Shown here piece by piece: positions 14,127 to 29,350 of a stretch of 64,000 nt of DNA (positions are counted from its first letter, which is position 1; every line of letters starts with the position of its first letter). Source of the stretch: Callorhinchus milii (taxonomy: Eukaryota); assembly GCF_018977255.1 (NCBI RefSeq), contig NW_024704742.1, positions 5,582,001 through 5,646,000 on the forward strand, in the 5' to 3' direction. The position numbers and the translations under genes are program-made. The notes below the pieces were generated by a model, which was not told the DNA's origin, ran no database searches, and worked only from the letters and a program-made list of their open reading frames with translations.

Positions 14127-17100
14127 CTATCAACCATGGTGTGTGAGTGAGCCGAGCGTCAGGCCAGTCTAGGCCATTCGCTGCTGCAGGGATGGATAGG
14201 TGGTTGATTGCCGTCGTTCTTGACCAATAATGATTGAGTTTTACGCTTCCATCCAGTGACGGGAAGCAGGGCAACAAGAACTCCACGGTTCAGAAATCGA
14301 GGACAATAAACTTTGGTTGTATAAATAGCTACTAGACTGTTTTGCTCCTTGGTCAAACTGCCACTGCCACTAGCTCAGTGCTCAGCGTGATGGTAGGTTG
14401 AAGGTGGGATACGTTTAGGACCACCTTTTGTTGGCGTTTACGTCTCTGGACACTGGGCACAAGTTGAATGAAAGGCCCGATTACTTGCTGGCACCGGCTG
14501 GTTTTCCGCGCTAAAATGGCAGACCTCTAGGTCCTTTGGGTGCCTTTGACATCACTTCCTGCTGTATGGATACACAGCAAATAATGCAGTGACCCGACTG
14601 GAATTTTATGGATCGCAATCCCAGGGCTCCATTGTATGTAGCTTTCAGCTTGGCCTCCTCTCCCCTTACAGAGAGACAAGCTCTTGAGCATCAATAAAAG
14701 TGAAGTGAAAGGGCTCTGATAAAGTTATTGATCGCTTGGTACGATTCGTATGTTTTTACTTTTTGGAGACTGAAAGAAGAACAAAGCTGAATTCAGCCTC
14801 TTTACGGTCGTTAGATGGACAGGATGTCAGCAGAGACCAATGCTGCGATTGTCTAAGGGACACAGGTGAGTGGGTGGAAAACTATTATTCAATTGCTACC
14901 GGTTTAAAGGAATACTCCATAATAAGGCACTATCATATTTTTTAAAAAAATCTTTTATCATTCTAAAATCCCTTTTATACTTAAACAAAATAAAAGATTT
15001 TAAATTCTTACCACATATCACTGTTGGGGCAGACATTTTGAAACCATTTCCAAGGCAAAGTCAAACATCATAGTTTGGTGCTCATTTTCTTTCTTTAGTG
15101 AACCAACAATGAGTGCTGGAAGTTGAGGCTGAGATGACTCCCCGATCAGGAGGCCAGCCTCGATACGGTAAGACTTTAAAATTCTTGGAGCTACGTTTCG
15201 GATTTAATACAAAACAAATAATACAAACTGTGTGGCCTTTTCCTGGAGTATTCCTTTGAGCTTCTAAATAAAAAAAATCTTAAAAGGTGCTGCATTTGAT
15301 ACGGCAACTTTCGTATTGAGTTTTGCATGTAAAGTGTGATAATCTTATTACATTGGAAATTTGCCTTCTATTTTATTCAAATTAAAACCTAGGTATTATT
15401 ACTAAACTGAATGTTATATTAAAACTATTTCATTTTTTTATTTATAAACTATAACGTCGCTGGACTTTTTTTAAAAAAACTATTTAAAAACTAGCAATAA
15501 TGATCCTTGCATCTGACTTTGGGAAGGATGTCCTGGATTTCAGTGAAGTGTAGTAGTGATTGCATTTGTAGGTGAACACAGTAGCCAATTTGCACACAAT
15601 GGTGTTTCACAGACAGCCACAAAGTGAAAGACTAGTTTAAAGATAACTTACAAATGGCTCCAGGGCTATGTTTCTGAAACAATTTGTATATTTCAGTGGT
15701 TGGATTCATGACTTTGAATGTAGCCTGTGGAATGACAGTGAATCTTGTCTATCAATGTATAAAGTGAATAAGGAACCTTTAGCCACTTACAGATTTTCTA
15801 CATTTGGCAAGGGAAGGTTCAATTTCCACATGTATGCTAATGTCACCGAAATACATTTTCTTGCTGCTACCCTTGAGTCCAGGACCATTGCTTTTCTGTA
15901 TCAAGTCCAAGATGAGCCTTAGATTTCGTCAGCTGAATGTCAGTACAGTGGAAGCCAATCTGTTTGGTTCTTGCTTACACGGTCTTGAATCTGGATCTAG
16001 ATCCATTAACCCCCACTGGGACGCTACCCCATGTGAAGGGTGCTATATAAATGCAAGTTGTTGTTGCTCATGCTGGGTATTTGAGCCAGTGAACAACCAT
16101 GGAATTTTGTGACCTTCGTCTCTGCAGCAATCTTGGTATCTCAGCTTTGGGAAGCATTGTTGTCGTCCGTCTCCGGATAATCACTTAAGTTACTCATCGA
16201 TGTTTTCTTCACTTTGAGATGGATATCTCCAAAACTGTTTGCTGACCACCTAGTGACACCATTCATAAACTCCACCTTACGCAGAATTTTAGAGGTGGTA
16301 ACGTCTCCCAAAATCAGCTTGTCTAGCTTTCACTCCTCCTCCCCATTATCATATTATCATCGGGCTCCACTGACTTGTTGTCCACTGCTGGATCAACATC
16401 ATGCTGAGCTTCGAATCCCTTCATGATTTTGCTCCACTTCTTACTAAATCTTCCACTCATCCAACTGGAATGAAATGCAGTGGTTCTCAAACAAACTTTT
16501 TTGGTGGCCTCAATGTGTGGTTTATCACACAATGTTTATGTGTGATAAACCACATTTTAGAAAACCTTTTTTCACATGCACTTTCCTGACGTACAGAAGA
16601 GATGTAAAAAGTTGGCTGACGAAATCTACATAGCTGGGGCCAGTGAAATGAGACAGGCTTCATTCAATTCATTCGTTCCTTACAATCAGCGCTGTGCAGA
16701 CTTAAACAGCAATGACATTGCTGTGGCGCAACCTTGAGCTTTCAATTAAACGTGTGGCACTTGAGATAGTTGCAGTCTATTCGAATAAGGAACTAGAATT
16801 GTTGGTACAGTGGATATTTGCTTTGCGTGGCCAGTGCTGCATTGACGCTAGAGCTGGCCAACAGCAGCTGCACACCTCATGCAGTGTGAGAAAGTTGGAG
16901 TAAAAGGATACAGTATTTACAGGAAGGATTTTTTTAATTTCAGAAATCCTTCAACTTGTGTCCCACCCCACCCTCATGTTCCAAATCCAGCTTCTCTCCT
17001 CTTCTCCTCATAGTCCTGTCACTTTACCTCAGCAACAACAAGATGAGCAATAGTCAGTGGGTTTACGCAAATCCCAGTGTTATTACAATACTATTTCCCA

Positions 17101-19214
17101 AATGTCTATAAACGGGTATAACCTGGAGGTCTAAAGAATATATTTCACAGCCTTATGGCAATAATGGCATTTTAAAAAAAAGCAAACTAGTACAAACATT
17201 AATCAGGAACGATGCACTTCATCTCTGCCTCTCCAAAAAACCCTCTCCTCCTCTCTCCCTGCCTCCCCTCCTCATTTCTCTTTCTCTCCTCCCAACCCAC
17301 TGCACGCACGTCCCCTAAACCTGTGCTCAGCGCCACAGTACAACACTGTGTCTCTCCTCCATCCTGATATAAGACAACAGGCTCATGGCTCCAGGCTATT
17401 GAAGAGCAGGCTTATCACGTGCTTCACCTGATCGACTGTCTCCACACAATAAATGACATTAAGAACAAAAGAAAACATAAATATACAAATGCACACAATA
17501 GAACAAAGTGAGATCTTTAAAAAAAACACACAAACAAAAACTGGGTCCCCAAAGTTTTCTCTCGCTTGAGCGAATCTCGGCTGATAGATGGGAAGCAAGT
17601 GAGTGAGCGAGCGAGCACCAGGGGTGGGGGTGGGTGGCTGCTGCTGTGGCCACCCAAAATCATGCAGATGGGCGCGTTTGAGAAACTAATGCTTCTTCCT
17701 CACTTCTTCTGTCCCACAATCAGAGGCTGGGCTTTCAGCTATTATAAAGAACTCTCCGACATTCCTTCACTAGCTCCCTTCAAAAACACTCTTAAAAACC
17801 TCTTACCGTGTCTTTGGGCAACATCCTCAGATTCCTTTTACCAACTCAGTGATCCCCATCGACCTTGTGAAGCACTTTGAGGCATCATCTTGTATGAAAC
17901 GGACTATTTAGTGTGAGTTATTGTTAAAAGTATCAGCTTAGTATCACTCAATTTTAAGAACAACATATGGATGGGAGGGGTCTGAACAATTAAACGTACC
18001 TGGTGCAAGACTATACTTTTGGGGAATACTCCAGCTGTAAATTACTTCTTACCAAGTGCATTGAATGGGTTGAGTCTTGGCAAATATTTGCCTAGATTGA
18101 TATGCTATCATCTCAGGCCTTGTTATTAGCCAATAATCAATTTTGCAGCTAATTTGGATAACATTAGCTTGGAAGAGATCCTGATTTAAGCAGATGGCAA
18201 TGGCCATCTTAGACACAGGGTATGGACAGTCAACAATCATATTGTTTTCTTGTCCTTTGAGTAGTTGAGCATTCAGTACCTGACATTTGATTTAAATAGG
18301 GTTTAAGGCTATCAGTCCAAGCTGTTCTTTGTTTACTGTCCTTTGCATACTGGTGGCTTCCATAGGCAATATTTAACAACAAAAATAATAATTGTAATGA
18401 CCTCGTTTTGATATTGAGCCTAACTGATTCTTCTGATCCAATGCACTGTATAAAGGCAGCTCCATCACTGTCTTGCTAGTTTGTTCCCTGGCAGAGCATT
18501 CATCACGACTTTCCACAGATCCCAAAATCTTGCCACAGTTACTTGCTGCATTTATATTTTTCTCTTATTTTCGCGGGTTTGCTTACATTTGCCTAGTTTT
18601 ATTTCTTTTGTGGATTGACCAACTTCTTGCCCACATCCTCAGGCCGTTGTTTTGTTTTTCTTTTAGAATTGCTTTGCCTTAAGTATTATTTGTGCCAACA
18701 ATACTCTATTAATGGTCTCACCAGTTCTAAAGTTGTTGAGTGCTGCTCTAATTGCTTGGGACATTCACCATTGGGCAGTTCATGACAATTATTTCTGATA
18801 CTTTCATTCAAAACCTAACATGTCTATCTGCCTATATTATCTTGTTCGTATTCTGTGCAAGAATCAAGCAGGATTATCTTCAACTCCTTCAGGACAAATT
18901 AAGAAGGGAACACGACCAGCAATACTTCCTCCATCCACCACCATCTTACTGATGAACCGGAGTCTGGTTTACCCAGCAGCAGGCAGTCCTGTTGAACACC
19001 ACTTCGTCAAAGTGTACTCAAGACTTCCACCACTACAAGGTCACTTGACCACCAAAACACAAGTGACTGCTTCTCCAAAGGAACGCAGTAATCAGTGCCA
19101 AGCTAGATTAAAGTTTAAATAATAATCCTTGCATTTGATTTTCGGATCTATATTGCCGAGACCTCTCAAAGCGCTTCACGAGTTGTTGTGATATGTGATG
19201 TTCCTCCAACCTTT

Positions 19215-19590
19215 TAATAAATCATTTAATATAGTGTCTTTCATGTTGGTAGGACGTCTCAAAGCACTTACAGGGTGCTGTAAAGTGTTGTGACTTTGTA
19301 GTTTGTAAGCAAACATGCGCACACACCAATGTCCCACTGACAGCCATTTAAAGTGAATTTTATTTAGGAGGATAATTGGCCAACACACCAGGAAAAACTC
19401 CCCTTCTCTTTTTGAATAGTGCCATGAAATCTTTAACGTCCACCTGAACAGGCAGACGGGAACTCGGTTTAACATATCATCTGAAGATTTCAACAATGCA
19501 GTACGTCCCAACACTGCATTGCAGTGTCCGCCTATTTGTGAGTTCAAAGCGGCAACTTAGGGCTTGAACTCATCAGCCTTCTAGGCCAGC
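19215..19590 (-). mobile_element. SINE family B copy
   Basis: tagtgccatgaaatctttaacgtccacctgaacaggcagacgg..ggtttaacatatcatctgaag motif, reverse strand. Confidence 0.7.
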
Positions 19591-20874
19591 TTCCCGGGAG
19601 AATGCTAACAGCCTTTTCTCTTCCAGCAGACGCACTGTGGCATTCTAGGCCTTGGAGGATGAACACTTTACCATTCTGGATATAAGTTGTATTCTCTGTG
19701 ATCATGAGTTTTAAGGAGTTAACGCTGCACTTATTAGCGTGTTTATCTTTTATCCACTCAGTGTATTCTGCTGTTGGCTTTGCAGAGCTACTTTGAGAAT
19801 GTAGAAATGTTCCACTGATTCTTTTTCAATGCTTCTGCCCCCAGTATGATGGCGTATTCATGTGGAGGTTGAATTGTACTTAAACATTGAGGGGTATCGG
19901 ACTGTAGATGGTCTGCCATTGTTGATTTTCTTTTACCGACATCTACAGATTTTTCACCAGAGAATTCAGAATGGACAGATTAAATAGTGAAGTAGCTACT
20001 GGCAATGCAGCTACAACAACTGCATTTTGATGATGGTACTATTTAGGGCAATCTTTTCAGCTTCTCCCGGTTGTGTGCTTTATGTTCTTTATTGCTTGGT
20101 ATACAGTACTCCTTTTGAAACTAAAAAAAATTATATCTTGACTTGTTCCTGGGAGGCAATCATCTCAGTCCAGTTAAAATGTGGTGGTTGGGGTCCATAA
20201 AATTACAACAAAGGCTACAATGGGGAACATTTGCTGACCTTGTTCAGAGCTTGTATGCAGAACTTCCTGCATACTCACTTGCTTCCCACACAATAAAAGG
20301 CCAACTTCCGTGTCATTGGGTCACCAATACCAGAAACCTGGTAATCCAGAAATCTACAATATTTTTGCAGACTTCTTAAAGTGAGACAGCCTGCATTTTG
20401 GATTTTTTAGATAATAAATGAGGTCCACACGCCAACCACACCGTAAGCAAATCTGCAATGAAATGAAGTGTTTCCAATACTCCCCAGGGCATCTAATCGA
20501 CTTGTGTGTGGGGTGGGGTGTTGATTAGCTTCCAATCAGTATTAGACCTCGCTTAGCGATGACGTTTTCAGACACAAAAAACAGCTGAAAAAGCAGTGAA
20601 ACTGTGGCAAGTCAGTATGCACTTCAAAGTTCTAGACTGTTTTTATTGCAATTTATTTAGAATCTAAAAATGCAGCATTTTATGTGTGGCTCCTATAATC
20701 CAATCTTTCCCTTAGTTGTCTAAACATACTCCCTTGGCTTATGTGTAATGATTGCAGCAATGTTTTGGTTTCTGTATCTGAGCAACAGATTTTGGTGTTT
20801 CAGCACCGCTATAAGTAAAACAAGTTAAATTCAGTATTTTTGGTCTCCATTAGTTATTTGTCACCCATTAACAA

Positions 20875-21960
20875 TAACTTGCATTTATAGGAGGTGACCA
20901 TAGGCACAGTCAAAGAGGAAAGCCTTCAGGGTGTTCTGGAGACCAACAGGAAGGGCAAGGGTAGAATGTTCCAGTAGCTGAAAGCACAACCACAGATGGT
21001 GGAGGGGATGAGGGATGTGCAGGAGATCGGGTAGTAGCAGGTCACAGTTGGAGGAAGAGAAGTAGATTTGTGTGTCATTCACTTGCATGTGGAAGTTGAC
21101 CCCATGTCTGTGGATGACATTATCGAGAGGGAGTATGTAAATGAGGAAAAGAAACAGGACAGAACTTTGGGGTATAGATCTGGTAACTGCGGGGGAAGAA
21201 ACTGATAGTGAAGAAGAAATGATGGCAATAGGTCAGGTGGGACTCAAACCAGGAGAAGGCAGTCCCACTGAGGGGGATGAGGGATAAGAGACAGTCGAGG
21301 AGAATGGCATGATCATCTGTGTCGAAGACTATGGCGAGATCCTGGGAGATGAGGAGGCCGAGAGACTTGGTCACAGAGAGAGCGTCATTTGTGATATTGT
21401 CGAGGCTGTCTCAGTGCTGTGGGCCGGGTGAAAACCAGACTGGAAGTGCTCAGATTGGGAGTGGAAGGAAAAATGTGAGCAAGGATGATTGGCAACAACG
21501 CATGCCAGGACGTTGGATGTGAAGGGCAAGTTTGAGACGGGCTGGTAGTTTGGGAAATTTGAAGGATTAAGAATTTTTTTTGAGGAGGCAGTCTTGAGGG
21601 GGGGAGTGCTGGTTGGGATGAGCAGGATAACTGTGTCTGCCGGCAAGGGAAGGACAGTTGGGTTGTCAGCAGCTGGGTGGGGAGGATATCAAGGCAGCAG
21701 TTGGTGGACTTCACATGGATGATAATAATAATGAGGGACGAGGGAGAAATGGGGCCAAAGGAGTGTGAAGACAATGGCAGAGGCAGAAGATACGGAGGAT
21801 GTAAAGATATGGGGAGGACTGGCGAACAGAGAGGGGGGAAAAAAAAGAAGCAGCCAAGTGGATGCTGTCAATTTTGGTGAAGAAAAAGTCCATGACCTCT
21901 GGATTTGGCATCCGAGGTGAGGATTGAGGGGGTGCACGGAGGAGGTGCTGTGTGGTGAGG
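20875..21960 (-). mobile_element. Degenerate L2 LINE (RT region and 3' end)
   Basis: Frameshifted RT motifs NYQPVSNLPF..QSGFHPAHSTETA and DLAIVFDTDDHAILLD..LSGTAFSWFESHL. Confidence 0.85.
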
Positions 21961-23639
21961 TGACGAAAAATATTGCGAAAGTTTTTTTTTCAATTTTCAA
22001 ATAACAGGCCTTCACTAGAATTACAAACAGTGTAGTGTCATTGTTTTTTCTCTTGATCGAGACGTGGTGCCTGCCTTGTGGGCTTCACATATCGAGTTAA
22101 CACCCTGCTGCATTTTGGCAATCACCTTTAGCTGTTTTGTGTTGCACACCAATTCTCAGAAACTACTGCCAATAAACCATTATTTAGTTATATATCTTAT
22201 TTTCTCAGCTTCTTTTCTTCTGCGCCCCTCACCCCCACCCCCGGCAAAAAATGTATTAAGCAAGTAAAATGTTTCATTATGTTTTCAAGCTATAGAGAGG
22301 CATATTCATATTCAAAATTGGGGGCGAGGGGGGGGTGTGGCTCATTGGATGCGGAAAGGATTGTTTTCAAAATGAATTGCCTGCAGCCATTCAGACTGTT
22401 TCTGTCACAATCTTCCCTTGTCTTTGGGGACCTTCCATTTTACAAAAGCAATAGAGGAATTATCAAGGTTTAGGCCATCTGTTTATTACAAGATGGGAAC
22501 ATTTATTTTTAATCGCTAGGGGAAGCCAGTTATGTACTCATCTCCACCGGTGAATATTTTCCGTTCAAGTAGAAACTGCTAAGGCCAAGCCTTTCATGGT
22601 GTTTCAATTCCAGTTACTGTATTCCTTTTACTGCTTTTGTACTTCTAATCCCCCATAATGTCAGAGAGGGTTAAGATCACAGTAATGGGTCACACAAGTC
22701 GTTTCCTTTTGGATGATCTTACCTTTGTTCAACATGTCTCTGAGGGGAGAAGCTGAGATTCTGATACAGTGCTATCCACTTAGCTCAAACCTGTTTACAT
22801 TGACATGTTGACAAAAATCTGCGTACCCGGGTCCTTCCCGTAGAGGAACACGCTAATCTTACCATGTATCTCCACATCGACATTAATTTCAGAGTGCTTT
22901 TATCAACAAATTTTTCAAGTCCCGAACATCATTAAGTGCATTCTTCCTTGGTTGGTTTGTCTTTGCCGAAACTCGCTTATGTCAGCATAAACGGGGTAGG
23001 ACTGTACTGGTGTAGTATTCAAATTACAATTGGTTCTCATCGAGCAGAAGTTAAACACTAGAGATATAAATAATACTTGCATTTGATATAGTGCCTTAAA
23101 CAATGCAATTTGCATAATGCCTTTCACGTCGAGAATGTCTCGAGGCGGTTCGCTTTTTATAATTAATTACTTTGACATGTAGTGACTGTTATGTGGAGAA
23201 AAGGATTCAGTTTAATTTAGTTCAGTGATCCTTCTTGCATCATCTGACCTACTTCACACAATGTAGATGTGCATGAGAATACACATAATAAACTCTAGAT
23301 GTGCTCCAGAGCTAGACCTGACTTAAAATGTTTTAAAAATGATCCACATTTTATTCCCTATTTCTGAGTGTTTTGTTTTGTTCCCCTATGCTTTTCAAAA
23401 AACAATTCCCTCATAGTCTATATCTAATTTTGTGTGAGTGGGGGAGAGCATTGGATATTGCGATCGCTCAGCTTGTGACATGAAACCTTTCCTTCTTGCC
23501 CACATCTATTACAAAACTACTCTTAAAGTATCAGCTCATTTATAGGCCAATGGACATCTCAAACAGCCTTTACTGATGTCAATTTGTCTTTAGACTTTTG
23601 TACAAGGTTTCACATGATACGCTGAGTAAAGCTATTGCT

Positions 23640-23945
23640 TTTGTGCAGTGCTGGGGAGGTGTTGTATTGTTGGAGTTGCCGTCTTCGAATGAGATATTAA
23701 ACCAAAGTCCTGTTTGTCGAGGTTAAAGACCCCATTGTACTATTTAAAAAAGAAAAGGGAGTTTCTACTGGTGTTCTCCCAGATACATCTCCCAGATAAA
23801 ATTGGTAATTTGCTTCACGGTTGTTTGTGGGACGTTACTGTGCGCAAATTAGCTGCCGAGTTTGCTTGCGAATAGTCATTTTGTAGTAAATCCTGTGAAG
23901 TATTTGGGGACAACCTTCCGACGTGAGAGGTGCAGTATAAAAAAT
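23640..23945 (+). mobile_element. SINE family B copy
   Basis: gccgtcttcgaatgagatattaaacc..ttgtttgtgggacgttactgtgcgcaaattagctgcc. Confidence 0.65.
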
Positions 23946-26057
23946 TCAAGGATTATTATTTATTGTATCTGAAACCTGAAAACTAGTACATAGATGCGCG
24001 CGCTGTGGGAAATGGCCGTCGATGATGGTGCCCTTTTGATTGAATAAGAAGCCACTCTGATGGGCATTTTCTTTATGCTGTACTCTAATGGTGGTGGTGT
24101 TGAGAAGAAAGGTTCCTACATGCGGGGTGACCACAGTCTCCAGAATATCATCATGTTCCTGCACACTATGTGCAACTAGTGGATGCCCCCACGTGTACTC
24201 CGCCCAGCGCCTGAATTTCACACGACTTGTGATAACCATACTTTTTTTTGTAAAATGTGACGAAGCAAATAAGTTGACTGAATCTCATTTATAGAATTGG
24301 TTGCATTGCATGATTTATATCCTGGCAAAAATACCTTAAGGCTGAACTTGCTATCAGAAAATACAGTGAATTGCTTTGAAAACAAAACAACTTATATTTA
24401 TATAGTGTCCTTCATGTAGGAAAACATAATAATAATAATCCTTGCATTTGATATAGCGCCTTATCGCGTCGTTGAGACGTTTCAAAGCCCTTTACCGAAT
24501 ATACTGTGAAGTGAATTGACTATTTTGTGGGTGAAGCATCTTGGAGTACTCCACAATGGGGTTGGATGTCAAGCAAGGGAGGAGGAAGGGAGAGATGATC
24601 ATAGATGCAGTCAAATAAGTGGGTTTAATGAGGGGTAGAGAGGGAGTGAGACACAGGGAAGCTGAAGCTTGGTCACCGACGGCAATGTGGAGGACGTGGG
24701 TATATGCACAGGCTCGAGTTAACTAAGTGGAGGGGGTGAGCAGAATGGGGTAGGAGAAGATCACACAGATAGGAAGTTCCTCGGATGTGAGGAGATTTAT
24801 AGGTGAGGGTGAGGCATGCCAAAGAGAAACATTTTCAAAGAGAATGGTCCATATGAATGCTTCAACCCAGTGATCAACCTGGCAAAGTTTACAGACTATT
24901 CTTAGTTGTAGTCAAAATGCAGCATAATCTTTTAAGAATAATAGTTGGAAGATATTTGAAACGTCGCCGCAGCAAAATTGTTTTGATCACTGGGATGACG
25001 CCAAGCGTAAGACCCAAATGTCCTCGAAAGAATCACCTGGAATAAATGGAGAAACCGATCACTCAACAAAGCTGTGAAATTCCTCAATTCTTTTCAACTT
25101 TTTAACATACCGACGCTTTCCTCTGGACCCTAAACACGGAGACTAAGGCTGGCAGTGACATTATAACTCCTAATACAATCTTTTTTTATTTGTGTCCAAT
25201 TATCTTCACATGCATATCATGTTTTAAGAAAAGGTAAAGGAGCAGTTGAAGGAGTGAACAGCGAATAGTGTTTTTCTATTGAGGTTCCAGAGGCTCAGTG
25301 CATGTGCCAGAAGGAAGATCATCCCGCGTTTCAATCCTTTGCTACTTCTACATGGTCTTTAGACTTCCATAACGCAATGCAATTTATTTGATGATCTGCA
25401 CCGTCTAGTGGAGAATGGTGGAGGCTGGGAAATGCACCTGGTCATCAGATTTGCTTCCCAGCTTCTTTCACGATTCACCTATCATTATTTGAAGATTAAA
25501 AGAAAAAGTTCCAGTGGTGGTTTGTGAACGTACAAATGCCTTAATGTCATTACAATCCTAAGGAACATTTCTAGGTTTGCTCTCTTAACTTGGATTTTTC
25601 AGTGTCTATTCGGATCTCCTGTTTGTGGAGGCAATGGGAGATCCGACCCTAAGGAAATCTGTCCCTTTTACAAGTTGCGACATGACGTACCCTTGACCCC
25701 AAAGATAAACTTGTAATGTAAAAGTCATATAAGGTTTGAAGAAATTGCTAGTTTGTAGTTTGCCGGGTCTAGTATGTAATACTTTGACACCTCTATCCAG
25801 ATGTTTACAATTGATTCTCTTAGCGGGCTCTTTGAGTACACATATAGTGAGTTTAAATAATTCTTTGAGTTTTTTTTGACCTACTTGCCTTTTACATCAT
25901 TTTAGGAGTTTTTCCAGCCCAGTTCTGCTGAAAGGTTCCGGTCAAAACATTTAAGTTTCTCTTTCAGCGCCAGGTTAACATTGTGAAAAAATCCCTTTGG
26001 AAATGGGAATGTCTATAACATTCAGGCTATTGACTGCTAATGTATATTCTTTTTCAG

Positions 26058-26197
26058 ATTTGTATTACGGTGGGGAAGCCCTCTCAGTTGAGCAGCCGCA
26101 GTCTTTTACTTGTCCTTACTGTGGGAAAATGGGGTTCACTGAAACAACTCTCCAGGAACACGTTACTTCAGAGCACGCAGAAACCTCAACAGAAGTG
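26058..26197 (+). CDS. KCMF1: KCMF1 coding exon 3 (C2H2/Di19-type zinc finger)
   Basis: ttttcag|AT...GAAGTG|gtaaga; 140 nt; (D)LYYGGEALSVEQPQSFTCPYCGKMGFTETTLQEHVTSEHAETSTEV; phase compatible with exon 2. Confidence 0.98.
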
Positions 26198-29100
26198 GTA
26201 AGAGCTGTTCTCCCAGGACTTAAAGAATAAAGCCAGTAACAGTCTTGATTCTATAGTTGCATTCGTGGTCCACGTGGTGCTCGTCCACCCTCACTGCTCA
26301 AGTTGGGTGGAATACTATTTGGCACATAATTTAATGCACAGCGGAGGAAGGTGACCCCTGAAAACGTTGCCTGTTTAACTTACAAATCATAATGATTCTT
26401 TTATGTGGCTGTGCACATGTTAATCTTGATTTGAATGAATATGATTGAGAAATGATTGTGTGTATGTAAACGCGTATACATTGGACGACCCGTGATGTTT
26501 CAGGTTTAATTCCGTGGTGCTCACTAAACCCTTGGACTGTCAACAGTACCAAACAACTCCTGCTTCCCTACTTCAGCTACCGCCGAATCCTGTTAATACC
26601 CTTCTGCTCCTTTTTTTGATAACTTAACATTGGGGCGGGGGCAAACCCATAACATTTACTTACCACAAAATCCAACACATGCAGCGCCAGTGGTCTGTCT
26701 GTCTTGCTTCAAAATGCCACCTGCTAAAAATGGCCATCTTCCAGGTTATCAGATTGCCACTGAAGTAATTTCCCGCACACGCTTGCAACCCTGACTGGCT
26801 GTGCGTCCCTTTTTAACACTGGTTAGAATTTTGTGGACCTTGACAACAACCAACAACAAGATTACATTTGGATAGTGCCTTTCACGTCGGGAGGACGTCC
26901 CAAGGCTACTGCTGTGGCAGGACTTTTGTGTTTTGTGATTTTCCTGGACTCTACAGCGCAGAAACAGGGTGAGGCTGCAAACAATATGGGAAGTGGGCTG
27001 CAAGCATTAATAACCACAGAACTCGAAGAGGGCGCTGCTATAAATTTATAGCAGTGCCTTAATGTTTAATTCTCTTGCTAGGAAGAAAGAACTTGCGTTT
27101 TTATAGTGCCTGTGACATCGTCTCAAAATGCTTTGCAGTACTCAAGTGTCTTGTACAGTAACTATTTTGTAGTCAAATGTGGCAGGAAGCAAAACCCCAC
27201 AAACAGACAATGTATCTGGAGAATTGTTGGCCTGTACACCCATCTCTTTTGAAATAATGTGTTTTTTTAACGTCCCCCTGGTAATACATCAGGCCAACAG
27301 GACTGCACTGTTGGCTTTCACATTGTCATCCTAATGTGTGGCTTGAACCCACATCCTTTTCACACCGTGAGAGTGCTGCCAACTGAGCCAAACTGCACGT
27401 AAATGCAATGAAGCAAACCATGCTACAGTGACTTTACAACGTACTGTATTTTATCTTTAATTTAAGATGGTGCAGAATGGTGGAGATGTCTTATAATTCA
27501 ATCATAATTTAAAAGCCAGTTTATTTTTACTTGTTTCCAAATCAGGATTTAAGAATTTTCTACGATCTTGCGTTAATGTTTTGGACAGTGCTTTTCTTCA
27601 GGTTGGCCTGTTGTGCCCTTCCAGTATCTTGGTTTTCTAGCGTCTGCATTTCTTTCTTTTTTTTTAAATTTGCACTCGTTTCAAAAACGTAGATTTGTTT
27701 AAAATCATAGCTTTCATTTCTTGAAGTCTCACAGTGTTGGATCAACTTAAGCATGGGTTGAAAATATCTATGATCTTGTTGGCCCAACTCGTCTGTGCTG
27801 TTTCTTCAGCACCAGTCACTTAATGAATGATTCAGGATTAACTACTTAATACCCACAGCCTTAAATATTCCCCTCTTTCAAGCATGGCCTTAACTCCAAA
27901 AGGTAGGTTGCCTTGTGCTGTAGGGCCTTTCTGATTGCCTCATCTACAGGACTTTGAGAAGCAGGGATTCTTCCCACTTGGCTCCTGCTGATCCTTGCAA
28001 GTCAGTATTCTGATGACTTGGATGGTTCCAGCTGGACGGTGATGGGAAGGTTGTCAGACAGTGCTCACAATGGTGAGCTATGTGAATTTAGCTGGATTTC
28101 GATGGGTCTCTCCATGTGTTTCTTGGTGTTTCCGTATTTTTGGGGCAATCCAGGCACTTCGTACTCTTAAGGTCTAAATTAACTCACATCTTACCTTAAG
28201 ATGAAAGGTTTGTTGATGGACTGATATTGAAAAATTCATTTTAGCCTTTTCTGTTCTGTGAGATAAACCTTCCCAAAGGCCATCCCACTTCTTTAATGGA
28301 CATCATTTTATATTGAGGGTCAATTCTAAGATTAAATATATACATATATATGTAAATATAACATATTTACTCTACAAAGTAGCATGCACTTTTGATTGCA
28401 GGTTATGGCTCACACAAGAAACAGAACCAAACATCAGTCTGCCTTTTCTTCAAATAAATCCCTTTACCTTCTCATGAAACTATCGCCCTTTAACTTTTCC
28501 TTTCTCTTTAAAGTATTGGAATGCGTTGTCACCTCCCAAACTCTTTCCCACCTCTTTGTGTGATGTCCTTAGACCTACTCTCGTTCTAGGGATCTATACT
28601 TGGGCCTCTCATTTCTTATTTCGTTTCAGGTAGCATTTTATTAATCCCAAACATTACATTGTAGGAGGGTTTCCCTGTATATCAAGCACTTTCCCTTGGT
28701 TTCCACAACTATACTATAGAACCATGGAAACATGATATAAATAGGGGCCATTTGAGTCATTTCTTTGTGTTGGTGGTTGCTCTTCAAATTCCCCTACCTT
28801 TCACCTCACCCTCTGCAGTCTAACCAATGCCTTTCACAGATTCATCATCACTTCCTTACTTTTGTGTTCAGTGGCACTTTATGTACAGATGATATACAGC
28901 TCTGCATCTCTTCATAAATACCAGGACTATAGCTATTCTAACCTGACTTCCTATTAGGCATAAAGACCTGGAAGAACGTTAACTTCCTTCATGTGAACAT
29001 CAACAAAACTGAAACCATCTTTTGTGACTTTTGCTTCTGGCTCCGACTCTTATGCCACCACCTTCCCTGCTCACTCCAGCTACTTAGCTCTTCACTGCCT

Positions 29101-29350
29101 ATGTCTAGTCCTATTCACGTGTCTGTACCGTTTGCTCTTCCAATGATTGTCCATCCTTCTGTTGCAGCATTGGTGATTGAGCCCTGAAGTTACTATGATA
29201 CTGCTTTCTGGAACTCTTTACCAAATTCCCTCACCTCCTTCAAAACTCTTTTAATATGCGTTGTGTTAACTGTGTTTTTGATCTGCACCTTTAAATTTTA
29301 AATTATTCATTTCCTTCTTATTATCTGAAGTATGTGCTAATACAATCATA

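Noticed and set aside
18949..18970. Hammerhead core CTGATGA followed by a small stem
   Set aside because: No GAAA after stem II and no stem I partner
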